In this document: piece after piece, positions 18,663 to 27,693 of the stretch | How positions within the stretch are numbered: the first letter of the stretch is position 1 | Layout of the letters: every line of letters starts with the position of its first letter | Source: a virus | Lineage: Duplodnaviria; Caudoviricetes | Reading direction: 5' to 3' (one strand) | IMG/VR virus record: IMGVR_UViG_3300042296_001618 | Location: 1-33,954 of that record | DNA length: 33,954 nt | Translations under genes and position numbers: made by a program | Notes under the pieces: model-generated | Databases searched by the model: none | What the model was told of the DNA's origin: nothing | Seen by the model: only the letters and a program-made list of their open reading frames with translations

Positions 18663-18691
18663 AAAGGCCTTTATTTAATAAAGGCCTTTTT
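18663..18691 (+). terminator. Intrinsic terminator after nrdA
   Basis: AAAGGCCTTTAT-tta-ATAAAGGCCTTT plus TT. Confidence 0.8.
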
Positions 18692-18697
18692 GGTTTA

Positions 18698-18705
18698 AAT
18701 AAATA
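18698..18705 (+). promoter_or_regulatory. Putative late promoter AATAAATA
   Basis: Directly after the terminator, 19 nt upstream of the ATG at 18725. Confidence 0.5.
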
Positions 18706-18724
18706 ATAAAAATAAAGGTTTTAA

Positions 18725-19222
18725 ATGTCTAAACATCTTAAATACTTAAAAAATTATTCAAAATATCTTGTAGAACAAGATATGGGAATGCCCGCTGATC
18801 CGGCGGCAGCTGGAGCCCCGCCGCCTCAGATTAAATATAATTTCATATTTATACCCGACGGAGAAAAAGGAAGTAAAAAATATCCAGACGGCAGCTCATA
18901 TGAAATTTTTCCATCTTATGAAATTGCTGAAACTGACCTGGATAAATGGTTAGATTCTAACATCGTTTCATCAAAGGAAAAAGAATTAGCAGACAGCGCA
19001 ATAAAAGTCAAAAAAACAAGTCTAAAGGACTTTATTTCTGGAAAAAAAGATAAAATATCCCCAGAAGATATCGGATTCATTGAAAAATTTAAAAATTCAG
19101 TTTCAACCGATATGAAAGGAACCAAAAAAGATGATATTGAAGTAATATTTTCACAAAGCAATGGAACTCCTTATACAAATGATCTTGACGTGACTTTCAT
19201 AATAATTCCAAAAAAGAAATGA
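18725..19222 (+). CDS. Hypothetical protein, candidate head internal protein
   Basis: 165 aa; leader LKNYSKYLVE followed by a P/A-rich linker. Confidence 0.55.
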   Translation: MSKHLKYLKNYSKYLVEQDMGMPADPAAAGAPPPQIKYNFIFIPDGEKGSKKYPDGSSYEIFPSYEIAETDLDKWLDSNIVSSKEKELADSAIKVKKTSLKDFISGKKDKISPEDIGFIEKFKNSVSTDMKGTKKDDIEVIFSQSNGTPYTNDLDVTFIIIPKKK

Positions 19223-19968
19223 TAAAATCTTTTACTGAACATTTATATGAAAACCACGATGAACTCAATGACCTTATTCTAAAGTTATCAAGTTCATTTA
19301 TCTTTTGTTGCGAAAATACAAAAACAGAGGGAGAATATCGAAGAATAAATGGAATCCATATAGAGGACCCATATACGTTTGACGCTGAATTCATTATTAA
19401 AAAAGAATCCGACCCTAATTTTAAAGAGGACGAGCACTTTCATAAATTAAGTTGGGAAGAATTAAATTTTGATCAATATGGATTTGCCATAGATGCTCGA
19501 ATGAAAATAGATAAAAAGGATACACTTGTTCCTAAAATAATTGTCATTTGTATTATTGACCCTAATCGAGAGCCTGAATGTTATCAAGAATTACAATACC
19601 GATTAACTGACATATTTGCACACGAGATAAATCATCTCGATCAGGTAGGATGGAATCGTAAACCATTCAACACTCGACCCACCTCAGGACTAGAGAGGCA
19701 ATCTGCCAAACGGTCTCATTTATACTTTAAGCTGCAGGATGAAGTTGAATCCATGGTTGAAGGAATGTATACTCGATCAAAGAAACAGAATGTTGCAATT
19801 GACTCAGTTTTTATGAAATACCTTAATCCATTTATAAAATCTAAAAGGATATCGGTTGACGAGTGTCTAGAAGTTTTAAATATCTGGATAAAATATACTT
19901 TAGAAAATTTTCCCGACTCTAAATTTTCAAACAATGAAAAAATAAGATCAATCATTAATTCCATTTAA
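19219..19968 (+). CDS. Putative zinc metallopeptidase-like protein (HExxH), candidate head internal protein
   Basis: FAHEINHLDQ with a downstream DEVES glutamate; leader MIKSFTEHLYE. Confidence 0.55.
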   Translation: MIKSFTEHLYENHDELNDLILKLSSSFIFCCENTKTEGEYRRINGIHIEDPYTFDAEFIIKKESDPNFKEDEHFHKLSWEELNFDQYGFAIDARMKIDKKDTLVPKIIVICIIDPNREPECYQELQYRLTDIFAHEINHLDQVGWNRKPFNTRPTSGLERQSAKRSHLYFKLQDEVESMVEGMYTRSKKQNVAIDSVFMKYLNPFIKSKRISVDECLEVLNIWIKYTLENFPDSKFSNNEKIRSIINSI

Positions 19969-19995
19969 AACTTAAATCTGTTTTTGCTGTATAAT
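19967..19995 (+). promoter_or_regulatory. Putative middle-class promoter AAAAC-N17-GTATAAT
   Basis: AAAACTTAAATC start is identical to the groEL promoter. Confidence 0.65.
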
Positions 19996-20013
19996 ATTTA
20001 AAAAGTTAAAAAC

Positions 20014-20274
20014 ATGAATCAGTTTCAATCATTTAAAAATCAAGTAGAAGAGACCAAAAAATTAGTTTTTGGAGAAATCGACAAAATCATTGCAGAATTA
20101 GAAGAAAACGGAGACGTATCTAAATTTTATGATAAAGGGGTAAAAAGTGCAGGTGGCAGAATTAAAAAAGGAATGCAAGCTATCAAAAAAGCGATACATC
20201 ACCCAACTGTTAAATCTCATATGACCGCTCTTCAAACTGCTTCCAAAGAATTAAAAGAAAACATTGGAAAGTAA
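20014..20274 (+). CDS. Histone H1-like (Hc1 family) small basic protein
   Basis: D..KFYDKGVKSAGGRIKKGMQAIK matches the KF..KGNKAAG.R.RK...LK pattern of Bacteroidota/Chlamydia Hc1. Confidence 0.7.
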   Translation: MNQFQSFKNQVEETKKLVFGEIDKIIAELEENGDVSKFYDKGVKSAGGRIKKGMQAIKKAIHHPTVKSHMTALQTASKELKENIGK

Positions 20275-20297
20275 TTCTAAAAATCTTTAAAAAGAAG

Positions 20298-20327
20298 AAA
20301 GGATAACCAAAAGTTATCCTTTTTTTT
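20298..20327 (+). terminator. Intrinsic terminator
   Basis: AAAGGATAAC-caaaa-GTTATCCTTT plus T run. Confidence 0.85.
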
Positions 20328-20337
20328 GATTAAAATC

Positions 20338-20364
20338 AAAACTTTATTCTATAATTAAGTATTA
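20338..20364 (+). promoter_or_regulatory. Putative middle-class promoter AAAAC-N16-GTATAT (SSB operon)
   Basis: AAAAC tttattctataattaa GTATAT. Confidence 0.55.
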
Positions 20365-20397
20365 TATTATTAATAATAACAAAAAAAAACTTATAAA

Positions 20398-21441
20398 ATG
20401 ACAGATTTTTTTGACCTACCAGGAGATGCTTTTGTTAAGAAAACAAATTCATCAGAAAAAAAGACAGATCCGAATATCTATAATCCGGATCCAAATGCGC
20501 ACAACGGATCGTATAAATCGGTTTTTCGATTTTTACCTTATGTGCATGACAAATCTCAGAGTAAATATACAAAATACTCTGCTAAGTTCTATAATCCTTT
20601 AACTAAGGAAACTCTTTGGGTTGATTGCCCTTCAAATGAAGGTAAATCTTCTATTCTTTGGGATATAGAAAAAGTAATTAGAAGTATCAAAGAGGAAGAG
20701 CCTGAACTTCATAGAGAATTAGATTCTAGCTTCTCAAGATGGCATAGCCATTTCTCTCCGATCTACGTTAAAAAAGATCCACAAAGACCTGAATTAGAAG
20801 GATCGGTTAAATGGTTTAAGTTTTCTTCTCAAATCAATACTTTGATTGAGGCTCAAATCAGTCCAGAAGAGGATGAATTGATCGAATCATCAAAGTCAGT
20901 AAATCCTTACCATCTTCTTCAAGGAAAAGATTTCTTATGTGCAGTTGGTAAAAAGACTAAAACTTTTAGAGATTGGAGCAAATCTAAATTCATGGAAGAC
21001 GTCACTCCATTTATCTTTAAAATTGGAGATAAATCAGTTATCGTAGAAAATAACGAAAAATCAGTTAAATTAGTTCAAGAGTTTCTTAAAAAGAATACTC
21101 CTCTGATTGACGATTATCTTCATAAGTCATGGACTGAAGAGACTTATCATAAGGTTGCAGAATATACGATTTCGGTTATCTCAAATCGAACAATTTTGAA
21201 CATGATACTTGACAGAACTAAAGATGAAAAAACCAAAGCCTTAATTTTAGAAAGACTTTCAGGTGCTACTTCAACTCCTTCTAAACCGAAAGCTGAAAAA
21301 TCTTTAGACATCGATGATGATATCCAGTTTAAATCTAGCAATGATCTTCCTTTTGAAGAAGAAGAATTAGTTAAAACAAATGTACATGCTTCAGATGAAG
21401 AAGACGATGATGAATACGATTCTTTATTTAAAAATCTTTAA
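20398..21441 (+). CDS. gp32: T4 gp32-like single-stranded DNA-binding protein
   Basis: VFRFLP, YVKKDPQRPELEG, NPY.L..GKDF, W.KSKF, acidic tail DEEDDDEYDSLFKNL. Confidence 0.85.
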   Translation: MTDFFDLPGDAFVKKTNSSEKKTDPNIYNPDPNAHNGSYKSVFRFLPYVHDKSQSKYTKYSAKFYNPLTKETLWVDCPSNEGKSSILWDIEKVIRSIKEEEPELHRELDSSFSRWHSHFSPIYVKKDPQRPELEGSVKWFKFSSQINTLIEAQISPEEDELIESSKSVNPYHLLQGKDFLCAVGKKTKTFRDWSKSKFMEDVTPFIFKIGDKSVIVENNEKSVKLVQEFLKKNTPLIDDYLHKSWTEETYHKVAEYTISVISNRTILNMILDRTKDEKTKALILERLSGATSTPSKPKAEKSLDIDDDIQFKSSNDLPFEEEELVKTNVHASDEEDDDEYDSLFKNL

Positions 21442-21455
21442 AAAAATAATTAGAA

Positions 21456-21755
21456 ATGAAAAGTAAACAAGCTGAAACTATACAAGAAGCTGAGATTGTC
21501 AACCAATCTCAGTCTTCTGAGGAAACAGGCCAAGCCGCTGACTCCGACCGAACCGTCCTATTAGGATCAATATCCTATAATAACGTTCAAGATTACGAAA
21601 GGTTTTTAGAAAAACTAGATATGAACCAGGCTATTTTTATCCTAATCGCTGGATGTAATTATGCTCAGTCTAGAGGTATATTAAACATGGAAGAATCTGA
21701 ACTGATTTCTAAATCTATCAGAACCTTAAAGAAAAACTCATCAACTGAAGAATAA
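21456..21755 (+). CDS. Hypothetical protein
   Basis: 99-aa ORF tightly packed in the operon. Confidence 0.65.
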   Translation: MKSKQAETIQEAEIVNQSQSSEETGQAADSDRTVLLGSISYNNVQDYERFLEKLDMNQAIFILIAGCNYAQSRGILNMEESELISKSIRTLKKNSSTEE

Positions 21756-22901
21756 ATGGATCTAATAATAGATGGTAACGCGTATCTTAACGTTTCTCTA
21801 AGCGTAATTAGATCAATGCTCTTTAAAGATAAGAGCATCGGTGCCAAATATTATGTGAACGACATCTTTAACGATAACGGTGTAGTTTTAAAAGAACAAG
21901 TTAAAGTTCAGTTTAGAAATTTTTGCCTAAACTATCTTCACTCAATCATTGCACCTGTTGAATATGAAATCGATCGGGTGCATATGGTTTTTGATTCTAG
22001 AAGCTGGAGAAAGGAGTATATTAGAAACTTTTTTGCTGATAATGACTTTGAAACTGATCTTGCTCCTTCTGAATTTGAATACAAAGGAAATAGAAAAAAG
22101 AGTTCCGAAGATCATACCTATCTCTTCTTTGATTATTTTCAGCAAGAAATAATTCCAGCTTTAGTAGATAGAAGTGGAGTAAATTATTATAGAATAAAAG
22201 GAACTGAAGGTGACGACATCATTGCTTACTTATGCGAAACAATTAAGAACGATGTGCTAATCTATACAGTAGACGGAGATATTCGCCAAATGGTTCACTC
22301 AGATAACAAAAACGTGATCTTAATTTATCCTAAGCAAATGGCTAAACACAAGAAAATGTTTGTTCCTTCTGAATTTATTCCAGACGAGGCCGAAGAAGAG
22401 GAAGACAACTTCTTTTCTTTAAGCGAGTCACACATTGTCAAATCTAAGATTGATAGAATGATTTCCAAACTTAAATCTAAAGAATATGTAGAATATACTG
22501 TAGATCCAGTTTTTGAAATATTCGATAAAATATTTAGAGGAGATAAAAAGGATAATGTTCCAAAGATGGATAAAATGACTCCAACTAAAAGTTCTAAATT
22601 GATTGAGGAAATCCGAGAAAAATACGGAAAATCATCAATTGACTTATTAGATCAACTAGATGAATCCTTTATTTTATTCCTAATTGACAGAATAAAATTA
22701 CTAAACAAGATAAGTGAAGAGACTAAAATTTTAGAAACGAAAAAACATCTTCTGTTCAATACTAAAATTATAAGACTGTCTTCTGTGTTTTTTCCAGACG
22801 AAGTTAAAGAATCCTGTGTCTCAAATGTAGATATTTCCCGATTTAAAAACTTCAATTTTAGAAAATTTAATGATTTAAAAAATAACCCACATACAATATG
22901 A
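21756..22901 (+). CDS. rnh: T4 RNase H / FEN-like 5'-3' exonuclease
   Basis: LIIDGN, VFDSRSWRK, YKGNR, EGDDII, VDGDIRQ, GDKKDNVP. Confidence 0.9.
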   Translation: MDLIIDGNAYLNVSLSVIRSMLFKDKSIGAKYYVNDIFNDNGVVLKEQVKVQFRNFCLNYLHSIIAPVEYEIDRVHMVFDSRSWRKEYIRNFFADNDFETDLAPSEFEYKGNRKKSSEDHTYLFFDYFQQEIIPALVDRSGVNYYRIKGTEGDDIIAYLCETIKNDVLIYTVDGDIRQMVHSDNKNVILIYPKQMAKHKKMFVPSEFIPDEAEEEEDNFFSLSESHIVKSKIDRMISKLKSKEYVEYTVDPVFEIFDKIFRGDKKDNVPKMDKMTPTKSSKLIEEIREKYGKSSIDLLDQLDESFILFLIDRIKLLNKISEETKILETKKHLLFNTKIIRLSSVFFPDEVKESCVSNVDISRFKNFNFRKFNDLKNNPHTI

Positions 22902-23197
22902 AGCCTCTATACGAAAGAGTTTTAATTAAACCAAGAGAAAAAGAAACGACCACTGCTTCTGGAATTATGTTGCCTGACAAAGCAGTAAAGAGACCTAACA
23001 TTGGAATCGTTGTTGCCTGCGGAGACGGTTCAACACATAATCCGATGCTAGTTAAACCTGGAGATATTATCATCTGTAACAGATTTGCAGGTACTGAAAT
23101 ATCTTATAAAGGAGAGAAACATTATATGATTCTATCCAATGAAATCATGGCAATCCTAGATGATCTTAGCGATGTTTCTTTAGATGAATTTGAATAA
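22898..23197 (+). CDS. groES: Co-chaperonin GroES
   Basis: MKPLYERVLIK, TTASGIMLP mobile loop, GIVVACGDG, VKPGD, FAGTEI. Confidence 0.95.
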   Translation: MKPLYERVLIKPREKETTTASGIMLPDKAVKRPNIGIVVACGDGSTHNPMLVKPGDIIICNRFAGTEISYKGEKHYMILSNEIMAILDDLSDVSLDEFE

Positions 23198-23215
23198 CTA
23201 AAATAATTACACCAG

Positions 23216-23443
23216 ATGAGCCCAGAACTATACAGAATGTTAACCTCAATTGCTAATGCTGAAATAGATAAAGCTAGAATGACCCTATATCTATTAGGCA
23301 AACACCCTGCAGGAATCGGAGATCATTCAACTGAAGATTTCTATAAAAATGCAGATGAAGCTCTTACTAAATTGGCAGAAGCTGAAGATAAGTTAGAGTG
23401 TTTAAAAAGAAATTATGAATCTGCTTCTCTAGAATTGGTCTAA
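23216..23443 (+). CDS. Conserved phage hypothetical protein
   Basis: 75 aa helical hairpin with PAGIGDHS motif. Confidence 0.6.
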   Translation: MSPELYRMLTSIANAEIDKARMTLYLLGKHPAGIGDHSTEDFYKNADEALTKLAEAEDKLECLKRNYESASLELV

Positions 23444-23869
23444 TAAGTCCATTCCACTTTGGAGAAAATAGCTAGTTAATTCTTCTATTCCACCATTATA
23501 TAACTGGTCAAGTTTAACAACTTGACCTTTTTCATTTGTTTTTTGATGTATAACTTCGGCATAATCTTCTCCTGCTTCTAGAACGATTAAATAGAGTTCC
23601 CCATTCCAATTAAAAGAAAAATTTGCAAATTCTCCTGAATTGTCCGCCACCAGATTTTTAGCCCCTAGATCCTTTAATAATTCTTCAAATTCCATCAATA
23701 ATAAGGTTTTCCAACCTGCCTTAGGATCTTTTCCTCTTTCTCCCTTTTCAGCCCATTCTGCGGCATCATCGTGGTCCATCGAAAAATCAAAATCTTGTAA
23801 TTCACCAAACTCATCAACATAAGCTTCATTGATAAAATTTTTAAATGAAAGTGCTCTTCGGTTCGACAT
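23429..23869 (-). CDS. Acidic hypothetical protein, candidate head internal protein
   Basis: 146 aa; leader ALSFKNFINE; late motif upstream; 15-bp convergent overlap with the previous gene. Confidence 0.55.
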   Translation of the reverse strand: MSNRRALSFKNFINEAYVDEFGELQDFDFSMDHDDAAEWAEKGERGKDPKAGWKTLLLMEFEELLKDLGAKNLVADNSGEFANFSFNWNGELYLIVLEAGEDYAEVIHQKTNEKGQVVKLDQLYNGGIEELTSYFLQSGMDLLDQF

Positions 23870-23886
23870 TTCTTTTACTTTTTAAT

Positions 23887-23894
23887 TATTTATT
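23887..23894 (-). promoter_or_regulatory. Putative late promoter AATAAATA
   Basis: 17 nt upstream of the ATG at 23869. Confidence 0.5.
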
Positions 23895-23909
23895 TAAATA
23901 AAAACATAA

Positions 23910-24542
23910 CTATTCATTATCATAAAACATTCTGTCAGAATCTTCAGTATGCCATTTGTCAAATCCTTCACAGTTATAATAGTCCCGGTTAACTAGATAA
24001 TCAGGTCTTTCTGGAAAAGGTTTAGTTACGAACGAAGGTTCAGACCATTTAATACGGTTATTAGGTTGCAGCGCAATCTGACCATTATCTAATAAAATAA
24101 TATGATGACTTTTATGTTCTAATGGATCTTCTGCTAAGGACATATCTGTGTTAAGATCATTACTTCCCCAGTTAATAGTAGCATAGTAGCTTCCTGAATA
24201 AAACTTATGATCCTTCATGTATACTTCCACCCTAGTATCGTACACATAAGAAAGATGCAGAAGGGTAAAGTTATAAGAAAAACAGTTCCAAATCTGTAAA
24301 AAGTGAAACGGTAGATCTGGATCCGGTAGCTCAGGTTCAGTAAGAAGAGCGTGGCTAGGCAACTTATCTCTCATTACTCCGTTCTCTAATAGTACTTGAA
24401 ACAATGCAGCTTGTCCCGGCATGCATCTCACTGACATGATTACTCCCGGCGTAAATTCTCCAAGACCCTTTTGGTGCTGGTACATGTACTCATTTCTAAC
24501 GAATACTTTTAGAGGAAAAAAATTGTGCTCGATATAAGCCAC
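23910..24542 (-). CDS. Conserved phage hypothetical protein
   Basis: 210 aa, GTG start; WNCFS and EHKSHHIILLDNGQIALQPNNRI recall a widespread phage family of unknown function. Confidence 0.7.
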   Translation of the reverse strand: MAYIEHNFFPLKVFVRNEYMYQHQKGLGEFTPGVIMSVRCMPGQAALFQVLLENGVMRDKLPSHALLTEPELPDPDLPFHFLQIWNCFSYNFTLLHLSYVYDTRVEVYMKDHKFYSGSYYATINWGSNDLNTDMSLAEDPLEHKSHHIILLDNGQIALQPNNRIKWSEPSFVTKPFPERPDYLVNRDYYNCEGFDKWHTEDSDRMFYDNE

Positions 24543-24559
24543 GTAAGATCTATTTTAAT

Positions 24560-24567
24560 TATTTATC
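24560..24567 (-). promoter_or_regulatory. Putative late promoter GATAAATA
   Basis: Between the sheath terminator and the GTG at 24542. Confidence 0.5.
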
Positions 24568-24572
24568 TAAAT

Positions 24573-24600
24573 AAAAAACCCAGATCTTTCAATCTGGGTT
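24573..24600 (-). terminator. Intrinsic terminator after the tail sheath gene
   Basis: Minus strand AACCCAGAT-tgaaag-ATCTGGGTT plus TTTT. Confidence 0.85.
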
Positions 24601-24621
24601 CTAGTAATTTTTACATCAGTA

Positions 24622-27582
24622 TTAGAAGCTAGGCGTAAATCCAGTTGAATCTGAACTTAACTGTCCTCCTACTCGAGTAATAGTGATTCTATTAATGAAT
24701 TTATGAATTCCTCTAGGGAAATTAACAATTACGTCGATGATCGCAGCATTATTTTCGATAACTTCATCTGTATTATTAGATCGATCAAATACTACTTCAT
24801 AAGAAGTTAACCCTCTAGCATTAACTACTGCATCCAAATAATTTTCAACAATTGTTTTAACTCTTAATCTTGTAATCTCATCATTGAAATCAAATAAGAA
24901 ATTAAACAAGATTCTAGCAAGATCCTTTTCAATAGTTGAAAGATTATCACGAACGTGAGCGTTATTTAGAGCTGAATTTACTCGTTGGTAAGCAGTGTTG
25001 TTAGAGAACAATAAAGTTCCAAATCCTCTTCTTCTTACGATCAAATTGTGTCCAGTTGGCTCTAAAAAGTCTCTATCTTCATTTGTCAATTCATATTCTA
25101 AACCTACTAATTCAGGATCAGTTAAAACTCCTCGTTTTCCACCTGCAACAATCAAGAATGGAGTTCCATTTTTGAATTTTCTAACGTATAAATTAGAAAC
25201 ATAAGCAGCTGGTGGAACTGAAATGTTTCGTGTTCCACTTCTAACAATTAAGTTAGGGAAGTAATAAGTCGAATAAGAAGAAAGAGGAACCCCATTAACA
25301 TCTTCTTCAGCAAATTTAAATGTAAAGCTTGGATTCAATGAAAGATCTCCACCTTCAGATATTAATCTAGCCGAAACTAATTTATTAGTAGTGTCAATGA
25401 AACTAGGATCTACTGATTTTTCAAACTGATCAATAGAAGGAGTATTAAGAAGAGCCATAGCTTGCCCGTGTAGAGCTGCTAATTTTGCTAAATAATACTT
25501 AGAATTAGAGCTGATTTCTCCTTCATATGTATCTACTACATATCTGAAATCGATCAATTCCTTTCCAGCCAATGTTTGCGGAATCGCAGTGAAATCAAAC
25601 AAATATTTTAAAATACTTGATTGTCTAGCTGCTGTACCATTAGGTAAAAGTTCGTCTCTTACCTTAAATCCTCTTAAATATTGACCTTTTAATTCAGAAA
25701 CAAAATTATAGATTCCTTTATATACTTGAATTGTATTATTAGTAGCGTCTAATCCATCTATTTCTTCAACGCTTGGAGCCATAGTTGTGATAGTGTATTC
25801 TAATCGATATGGACTTAAAGAAGTTTCTCTTGATTCTACCGAAATAATTTTCAAGAAACGATCTCTAACATCTCCTGATTTTTTAGCTTTAATGTAATGA
25901 TTTACTTTAATGTACTCATCAATTAATGATTTATTGCTAACATTGGCAGTATTAATTCCAAGTATCAGCTTATTAGGTTGTAAAATTGTAAAGTCGCTAA
26001 AGAAATTAGTATCAGCTAGGTTAAATGACTGCTTAAAATCATCTCCAGAAGAGATTTTAATTTTAACATAATCATTTCCACTAAATGTATAGAAATTAAC
26101 GTCCTGCTGATTCAATAAAGTGATATCTTGATATATAAATACTTTTACATAATTTAAAGTATTTGATCCTACGGTAATACTAAATCCATCCTGATATTTA
26201 ACATAATAATTTAAAGTACCGTCAGATACAACGTCTCCGGTTTTAGTAAATCCATCGTAGTATGATTTGTATAGCTTGCTTCCTTGCATTGCAATTAAAT
26301 AACTATCACCTACTGCTGGGTTAACTAAATAAAGATCTCCAATTGCAGGAGGAAGAGTTGAAATAAATGCAGATTCCGCAATAGACTGATTGATTTCAAA
26401 AATCAATTCAGCGTCAGCCGGTTTTGAATAGCTAAGAATGTCGATTAAAGGAGTGGCATCAGCTGTAGATCCATTAGTATCAAATCCTCCGTTATCTGCG
26501 GTGTATACATTTCCAGAATTTAATTCGTCGAATCCGTATCCTACTAAATCAATTCTATGAGTGTCAACTTCCTGATCGTTAAAAGAATTGTTAGACAAAT
26601 CGATAAGATCTAATTTCTTATCATCGATTGAGCAAATAACCCCAGTCTGAGGAAATAATCTGTTTATTAGCCTGTCTATCGAAATAGTTGTTCCGGTTTG
26701 ATCTATAAAATTAGGGATTAAACATCCTACTAATCTACCAATAACCTTAATTTCTCTTAAAGCTAAAAATTCACTTATTCGTGCTTCAATTAAACCAGAT
26801 TCATTGAAATATGTTTTATAAATCGGATCTTTAGATAATTTAATATAATTGGTCCAATCGCCGCTTACCATGATAGTTTCAACCATGTAATCTGAAATAA
26901 AATCATCAGGATGTACACACGTAGGGAATTCAATGTCTTCTCCAAATCCACTATACCATTCTTTAGCAGTAATATCAAATCCAGTAACAGCTGCCCTCTT
27001 TGTCCAAATTGTAATATTCGATTTACCCGCGTTTACAAAAGATAATATTTTATTAGAATCTATCGAAACATTTCCAAATCCTCCAGGATTAGTTATAAAG
27101 TCATCACCTAAGGCAAGGTTTTTAGTTCTATTTAATTGATCCGAACTTGCAACCCATAATTTTCTCTTATTAAAAAAGTCAATTAGAGGATTTTGTACTG
27201 GATTAGAATCGGAATTATTAGATGAAGATTCGGTATTAAATGTCGTAAAATAAACCTGATCTTTATTTAATAACTTGTCGTCTTCATTATCAATTGGTAG
27301 AATATTTAATGCAAATACCGGTCCTTCTCTAAGAGCTACTTCAATAGATCTATGAAAAAAGCTTCCACCTTTTTCTAATTTTGAGTCGATCTCTCCAAAC
27401 ACTGCCTTTAGTGTTCTAAGATCGTTAATTAATACTATTGTATTAAACGGTCCAACTCTGCTTGATCCTACAATCAATCTACCCGTTGATAACGGTAAAG
27501 CTACGTTTTCGCTTTGATCAATCTCAACAGTGTACACACCGCTGGATTTAAAATTATTCAAATTGATCCTTCTTTCGGCCAT
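24622..27582 (-). CDS. gp18: Contractile tail sheath protein
   Basis: N-terminal SSGVYTVEIDQS and GP.N; C-terminal VPPAAYV, AGGKRG, FLFDFNDEITR, VFDRSNNTDEVIENN. Confidence 0.92.
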   Translation of the reverse strand: MAERRINLNNFKSSGVYTVEIDQSENVALPLSTGRLIVGSSRVGPFNTIVLINDLRTLKAVFGEIDSKLEKGGSFFHRSIEVALREGPVFALNILPIDNEDDKLLNKDQVYFTTFNTESSSNNSDSNPVQNPLIDFFNKRKLWVASSDQLNRTKNLALGDDFITNPGGFGNVSIDSNKILSFVNAGKSNITIWTKRAAVTGFDITAKEWYSGFGEDIEFPTCVHPDDFISDYMVETIMVSGDWTNYIKLSKDPIYKTYFNESGLIEARISEFLALREIKVIGRLVGCLIPNFIDQTGTTISIDRLINRLFPQTGVICSIDDKKLDLIDLSNNSFNDQEVDTHRIDLVGYGFDELNSGNVYTADNGGFDTNGSTADATPLIDILSYSKPADAELIFEINQSIAESAFISTLPPAIGDLYLVNPAVGDSYLIAMQGSKLYKSYYDGFTKTGDVVSDGTLNYYVKYQDGFSITVGSNTLNYVKVFIYQDITLLNQQDVNFYTFSGNDYVKIKISSGDDFKQSFNLADTNFFSDFTILQPNKLILGINTANVSNKSLIDEYIKVNHYIKAKKSGDVRDRFLKIISVESRETSLSPYRLEYTITTMAPSVEEIDGLDATNNTIQVYKGIYNFVSELKGQYLRGFKVRDELLPNGTAARQSSILKYLFDFTAIPQTLAGKELIDFRYVVDTYEGEISSNSKYYLAKLAALHGQAMALLNTPSIDQFEKSVDPSFIDTTNKLVSARLISEGGDLSLNPSFTFKFAEEDVNGVPLSSYSTYYFPNLIVRSGTRNISVPPAAYVSNLYVRKFKNGTPFLIVAGGKRGVLTDPELVGLEYELTNEDRDFLEPTGHNLIVRRRGFGTLLFSNNTAYQRVNSALNNAHVRDNLSTIEKDLARILFNFLFDFNDEITRLRVKTIVENYLDAVVNARGLTSYEVVFDRSNNTDEVIENNAAIIDVIVNFPRGIHKFINRITITRVGGQLSSDSTGFTPSF

Positions 27583-27603
27583 TTCTCTAAAAATATTTTT
27601 TAT

Positions 27604-27611
27604 TATTTATT
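27604..27611 (-). promoter_or_regulatory. Putative late promoter AATAAATA (sheath)
   Basis: 21 nt upstream of the sheath ATG. Confidence 0.55.
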
Positions 27612-27651
27612 CATGCCCACACTAAATAAATCTAAAAAATGGTCAAAATCA

Positions 27652-27678
27652 AAATCCAATTTAATTTATATAGTATAA
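27652..27678 (+). promoter_or_regulatory. Putative middle-class promoter AAATC-N16-GTATAA
   Basis: One mismatch in the upstream box, same spacing; heads the dUTPase-polymerase operon. Confidence 0.5.
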
Positions 27679-27693
27679 GATTTAAAAAATAAT

